64,000 nt of DNA from Candidatus Latescibacterota bacterium (GTDB lineage: Bacteria > Latescibacterota > UBA2968 > GCA-2709665). The position numbers and the translations under genes were made by a program. Location: assembly GCA_965226795.1 (NCBI GenBank), contig CBDDDZ010000002.1, forward strand, positions 1 to 64,000. The letters run 5' to 3'. A model generated the notes under the pieces. That model was not told the DNA's origin. It searched no databases and saw only the letters and a list, made by a program, of their open reading frames with translations. Below, one piece after another: positions 59,517 to 64,000 of this stretch; positions within the stretch are counted from its first letter, which is position 1; the number at the start of each line of letters is the position of its first letter.

Positions 59517-61082
59517 TTAAATGCGTTCCAGAATCTCCCGAAAACCGTTCACCGCATTCCAGAATCCGGCGCGGCCGGACAACGGCCACAGGCAGACGGT
59601 CCCGTCGAAACTTCGACACCTGAGATTGGAGAGAATCTCGACCAGTTCCGCGTTTCCCCCGCCGGGAACTGCGGGTTCTCCGTTGGCGCGCACGACATCC
59701 CGGAAGTCGACGTGCCTTACGAACCTCCGCACCGGACCCTTGTACAATCCCGAATAGAACGGTCCCGCTCCGGAAAGTGCGACTGCCGCCGGATCGTATG
59801 CCATTCCGATCCGCCCGGATCCGACTTCCTTCAACTGTACGGCGATTTCCGCAGGGCCGATCGTGGCAGGGCTGCCCAGAAGCACTCTGACGCCATGTAC
59901 ATCGGCTGCCAGTGAGAGCCGCTGAAGCGAATCATTCAGGTCCGCCGGCTCGAGATCGTCCGGGAGCCGAAGATGCAGATAATCCGCACTAACGCAGGCA
60001 GTCATCTCACAATCCTCTGCCAGCGTCTCCGGCGACGCGAACGGCGCGCGCAATACAACCGCCCTCACGCCCCTTGCTTCGAGCCGTTCACAAAGATCTT
60101 TGGTACCACCCAGGTGTTTCGTATGCAGTTCTACGAGTGAAATTCCCGCCTCCGCGACCAGATCCAATGCTCGTTCGGTATCGACATCGACCGCCCACAG
60201 CGGCATACTCACCCTGAATTTTTCGTCTTCCAATATGGACGCCAGGGAGTCGGTACGTATCAGCCGATCCTCGCCCCCAACCGCCGGACGGCCGCCGGAC
60301 TGTTTCCGGATCTTCTCTCTGAATCCCACGCAATCGGCGCAGTTCGGATTCTCATCCAGCGCAAACCCGGGATCGCGCGACATTTCGCGCCGCATGATGG
60401 CCGCGGCTCCTGGGGCGTCGATCAGGCGGCAGACAGCCGGTCCGACTGTACCCGTCACCATCGCGCCCTCGGCTGTGAACATCCGATCGAATTTCAACAC
60501 GCCGCCGCGGTGACCGCCGGGACAACGGCGTATCGACAACGTACGGATCTCGCCGCCCGCATCGATATACTTCATTTCCAATTCACGCAGGTAGGGCAGG
60601 TCCAGCTCCGCCTCTACCGTATGCAGCAGCGTCATCGTGTCCAGGTCGCATCCCAGGTGCAACACCTTTCCGCCAAGAGGAATCAGGCGGCCATACGGCG
60701 TTTCCGGTCCATCGGGCGCTGCGCTCTTCTCATGATCGGACAGGATCTCCTCCGCCCTCGCTCCGTACCCCGCTACCGGGTGATAGGGATGCCGGCTTCG
60801 CAGCACGCCCGGCCGCAACCGAAACGTCTCGCTGATGACGCCCATGTCGGAAGGGATGGCGTCCGGATCGAACGCCAGTCCGTCCCGCGCCGGATGCGTG
60901 GGCATCAACAACGTTCCATGCTGCCCCAGTACCTCCACCAAAGCGTCGATCACCGCGTTCGCGCCGCCGGATACGGGTCCCAGGCTGCTCAGAGACGAAT
61001 GCACCATCACAATCGTGCCCGGCTGCAACCCCAGGGACCTTGCGCCATCAGCTATATGCGTTTGGGATAGCATCGCGGCCAT
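59517..61082 (-). CDS. AAC(3)-family N-acetyltransferase fused to a xylose-isomerase-like TIM barrel
   Basis: MVHSSLSSLG, GVISETFR, RSRHP, TLLHTVE; C-terminal YDPAA..HVDFRD..PGGGN. Confidence 0.75.
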   Translation of the reverse strand: MAAMLSQTHIADGARSLGLQPGTIVMVHSSLSSLGPVSGGANAVIDALVEVLGQHGTLLMPTHPARDGLAFDPDAIPSDMGVISETFRLRPGVLRSRHPYHPVAGYGARAEEILSDHEKSAAPDGPETPYGRLIPLGGKVLHLGCDLDTMTLLHTVEAELDLPYLRELEMKYIDAGGEIRTLSIRRCPGGHRGGVLKFDRMFTAEGAMVTGTVGPAVCRLIDAPGAAAIMRREMSRDPGFALDENPNCADCVGFREKIRKQSGGRPAVGGEDRLIRTDSLASILEDEKFRVSMPLWAVDVDTERALDLVAEAGISLVELHTKHLGGTKDLCERLEARGVRAVVLRAPFASPETLAEDCEMTACVSADYLHLRLPDDLEPADLNDSLQRLSLAADVHGVRVLLGSPATIGPAEIAVQLKEVGSGRIGMAYDPAAVALSGAGPFYSGLYKGPVRRFVRHVDFRDVVRANGEPAVPGGGNAELVEILSNLRCRSFDGTVCLWPLSGRAGFWNAVNGFREILERI

Positions 61083-61224
61083 CTTTCCTCTTCGCTACAG
61101 CGGTCTGCGCTCAAACCGCCAAGGGACTTCAGCCGTATGTCACGCGCGACGGACGGCCCCGGCTGTACACCGGCAAGGAATCCCGCGAAATCCCGACTCT
61201 CGATCGTCCCCGCCGGTCTCCCGC

Positions 61225-61920
61225 TTACCGCCATTCGATCAACGCCTTCGCGTACGCGCGCCCCACCAGTCGATAGCCGTCCCGGAGATACGGCATATGA
61301 TGTCCTGACAGAATACAATCCACGTGCCGTTCGGAAAGTCGCTTCAGGGTCCGTATGTACGTCGGTTTGTCGAATTCCTCTCCCCCCTGCCAGCCCAACT
61401 CCGGCTGATAGCTGGTATTTCCGCAGAACAGCACGTCGCCGGCCAGCCAGATCGTCTTTCCCACGTGTTGGAACTGAAAGATGACACATCCGTTCGTGTG
61501 GCCCGGCGCATGGATGACCTCGAACCGAAATCCGCAGGCCTCTATCGTGTCGCCGTCCTCAACCACCCGGTCCACCCTGCAGGCCGGCAACCGGAATCCC
61601 GCGGCGTACGGAATGGTGCGCGCGTCCGATCTCTCAATCCCCTCCGCGTCGCCCGGCCCGGCTATCACGAACGCGCCCCGCTCCCGAATTGCGGCCGCAT
61701 TGCCGATGTGATCGTAATGGCTATGCGACAAGAACAGGAAATCGACTTTCTCCAGCGAGATCCCCCATACGCCCAACTGTGCTTCGGCTCGATCCAGGTC
61801 GGCGGGCACCGACCCGGCGTCGACCACGATCGTGCCCGCATCGCTATGCAACACATAGAAATTCGCGTGTTGCGCGTAAGCAAACCCGTCCGCGAGATAG
61901 ATATCCGGCAGAATCTGCAT
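61225..61920 (-). CDS. MBL-fold metallohydrolase
   Basis: SHSHYDHIG, PGHT, GD, GH. Confidence 0.9.
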   Translation of the reverse strand: MQILPDIYLADGFAYAQHANFYVLHSDAGTIVVDAGSVPADLDRAEAQLGVWGISLEKVDFLFLSHSHYDHIGNAAAIRERGAFVIAGPGDAEGIERSDARTIPYAAGFRLPACRVDRVVEDGDTIEACGFRFEVIHAPGHTNGCVIFQFQHVGKTIWLAGDVLFCGNTSYQPELGWQGGEEFDKPTYIRTLKRLSERHVDCILSGHHMPYLRDGYRLVGRAYAKALIEWR

Positions 61921-61946
61921 CCCGGCCTCCGTCGGCTGTCATCCGG

Positions 61947-62822
61947 TTACACGTCCGAGGCGCCCCGGTATCCCGGGGGAATGAGCCCCCTCTGATGATC
62001 CCGGCACACCTCGAGGAAACTGCGGTCCTTCAGCAAGAAGCCGGGATCTTCCACGATACACCGGGTGCCCTCGTCAATCAGTTCCCTGGCGTTCATTATG
62101 GTCACTTTCGCATTGCCAATTTTCCCGTACTGAACAAGCTCCCGATTCTGCATTTCAGGTTCCATCAGAAAATAATCTCGCGGCACGTTCGGCGTATGCA
62201 CCTTCTGGACGTGGAGATGGATCCGGCTCCGTTCGTCCGCCACCTCCAGGCGGGACGGCTCGTCCATCAAGGCGTAAGGCGCATGCCCGTATTCCTCGCA
62301 GGCGTGCATCATCGTGCAACTGTTCCATCCGGTACCCAGGAACATATAGTGCGCATCCAGTTCACCGAGCTTCCCCCAGGCCGTATCCCGTCCGCACGGC
62401 GTGAAGCAGCGAATCGCGCCTTCCGCCAGGTACTCCGCGTGGTTCCCGATCGCACACATCGGGTTGCTGGAGTCCAGGCATCTCACCGCTCCCGGATGCT
62501 GACGGAACACCTCCGTGATCCGCCCCATCCTGGACGGCGAGCGGCGCACGTCGAACGCCGGCTTCCTGCTGGTGCGGGCATACTCGCAGTGCCATCCGTT
62601 GAAATGACACGAATGCACCGCAACCGTACCCCGCGACCCTACCGCCTCGAGGAAGGCTTCGATCACGGTTTCAGCGCCGCCCTCCACGTATCCCATACTG
62701 CTCAGGGAATTGTGAAAAAACACGGTGTCGCCGAGCGCCACCCCCATCTTCCGCAGGCCTTCGATGATGTCAACCTTCCGAACGACCGTTTTCCCTTCCG
62801 GCGAATAGGGTTTACTGGCCAT
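61947..62822 (-). CDS. AAC(3)-family N-acetyltransferase
   Basis: FHNSLSSMGYVEGGA, GRITEVFR, TMMHACEE. Confidence 0.85.
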   Translation of the reverse strand: MASKPYSPEGKTVVRKVDIIEGLRKMGVALGDTVFFHNSLSSMGYVEGGAETVIEAFLEAVGSRGTVAVHSCHFNGWHCEYARTSRKPAFDVRRSPSRMGRITEVFRQHPGAVRCLDSSNPMCAIGNHAEYLAEGAIRCFTPCGRDTAWGKLGELDAHYMFLGTGWNSCTMMHACEEYGHAPYALMDEPSRLEVADERSRIHLHVQKVHTPNVPRDYFLMEPEMQNRELVQYGKIGNAKVTIMNARELIDEGTRCIVEDPGFLLKDRSFLEVCRDHQRGLIPPGYRGASDV

Positions 62823-62925
62823 TGAGGGGTCTCCTTTAGAAAAGTGATTGCTATTCCAATATCAAGGTTGGGCAGCGACGAGCCCTCGCCCGGACGTATG
62901 TGAACACATCACGGCACTCAACCGG

Positions 62926-63516
62926 TCAGTCGCGGTACATGGCGAGAGACGGGTGGTCCAGGACAGACGCAATCCACGCCCAACCCCCGGCGCAGCGATC
63001 GCAGGTTTCGAATGGCACAAAACCGAAGTCCAGGTAGAGGTTGATCGCGCGGGCGCTGGTGGTCTGGGTGGTCAGGTAGGCGCGATCGTGGAAGTCCGCG
63101 ATCCGGCGCAGGGAGGCCGCGAGAAGCGGCTTGGCCAGACCCCGGCCCTGATACTCGGGACGGATTGCGATCCAGTGGATGCGGCCGTAGTCCCTTCCGT
63201 TGAACGCGTCGTTGTACCAGGCCGTGCTCGTACCGACCGCGCGGCCGTTCGGGTCTTCCAGATACAGACACCTGGCCTCCATCCGGTTACGGCCCGGTCC
63301 GAACTCGCGCTCGAAGCAGGCCAGCGCACTGTCCATCGAATCGAACGACGCCACAGAGAGTTCGATGTCGGCCCAGAGGTGCTCTTCGCCGGCCCTGTAG
63401 TAGCGGAGGCGGTAGCCCAGCGGGAGCGGAAACGAGGGCAGGTCCGTCAGATCCTCCCTCACCATGACCACGGGGACGTGCTCCTGCTGCCGTTCCCAGA
63501 CCCCGCTGATTCTCAC
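62926..63516 (-). CDS. GNAT acetyltransferase
   Basis: IAIRPEYQGRGLAK, AINLYLDFGF. Confidence 0.88.
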   Translation of the reverse strand: MRISGVWERQQEHVPVVMVREDLTDLPSFPLPLGYRLRYYRAGEEHLWADIELSVASFDSMDSALACFEREFGPGRNRMEARCLYLEDPNGRAVGTSTAWYNDAFNGRDYGRIHWIAIRPEYQGRGLAKPLLAASLRRIADFHDRAYLTTQTTSARAINLYLDFGFVPFETCDRCAGGWAWIASVLDHPSLAMYRD

Positions 63517-63573
63517 AGCATCTACCTCCGTCCCGGATTCGATGCGGACCCGACGACGGCGCCCATAGTTTCT

Positions 63574-64000
63574 CTAAACACGAACCGTCCCGGCCTCCGT
63601 CAGTTCATATTCCCGGCCCTCGCCCAACACCGTACCCCAGCGTTCGCCATCCTGGTGCTCCAGGGCGAGTCTGATCCGGCCTCCGGACGGCCCTCCGAGC
63701 ACAAATATCCTCTCCGGCCGATGCGGAAGCGCCGGTCCCCGAACAGGCGTCTCGCCGTCCTCCATTAAGGGCACCAGAACCAACTGTGGCGGACTATCGG
63801 GTATCATATACCAGAAAGCAATCATCGAACCATCGGCCCGCTGTCTGACAACGCAATCCCCGCCATGAGGAAGAATCGCCCACAGGACATCGAGCGACGT
63901 CTCGCCGGCCATCCCGAAACAGAAGCGAAGATCCGCCTGATCCATCGCTTCCAGATCTTCCGGTGGAATGTCGTAGCCGGACAGATACGCCTTCCAGTAG
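63574..64000 (-). CDS. Hypothetical protein, 3' part (runs off the window)
   Basis: Open frame from the window edge to the stop at 63574. Confidence 0.5.
   Translation of the reverse strand, partial: YWKAYLSGYDIPPEDLEAMDQADLRFCFGMAGETSLDVLWAILPHGGDCVVRQRADGSMIAFWYMIPDSPPQLVLVPLMEDGETPVRGPALPHRPERIFVLGGPSGGRIRLALEHQDGERWGTVLGEGREYELTEAGTVRV

Noticed and set aside
1..64000. CRISPR array, cas genes, tRNA or rRNA
   Set aside because: No regularly spaced repeat-spacer series, no cas motifs, and no cloverleaf or rRNA-like sequence seen

Overview
GC-rich bacterial window; the taxon cannot be determined from the sequence. It has four blocks. (1) 1-1500: an AT-rich patch with an NYN/PIN nuclease gene preceded by a promoter, a short two-hairpin leader and a terminator-like structure. 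(2) 1.5-17.6 kb: plus-strand metabolic genes (SDR/epimerase, AKR, TauD, FAD oxidase, AcuI-like reductase, Gfo/Idh/MocA, ceramidase-like, NadE, class A beta-lactamase-like hydrolase, PurO-type IMP cyclohydrolase, M50 peptidase, SAF oxidoreductase, beta-propeller). (3) 17.7-38.4 kb: an almost entirely minus-strand mosaic of short accessory genes, pseudogenes, orphan antitoxins, one intact RelE/HTH toxin-antitoxin pair, an IS inside an ABC transporter, and MITE/REP-like repeats. Several imperfect AAC...GTT hairpins in this block resemble decayed integron attC sites, so it looks like an integrase-less cassette array. (4) 38.7-64 kb: minus-strand genes starting with a receiver-domain/glutamate-dehydrogenase fusion directly upstream of a hybrid kinase with an Hpt domain, followed by hydrolase, oxidoreductase and acetyltransferase genes and a garbled second IS copy. 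The strongest candidates for undescribed biology are the REC-GDH/hybrid-kinase operon, the NYN gene with its putative upstream small RNA, and the decayed cassette array with a duplicated 136-bp terminator-bearing element. All calls come from motif reading by eye; no database searches were run.
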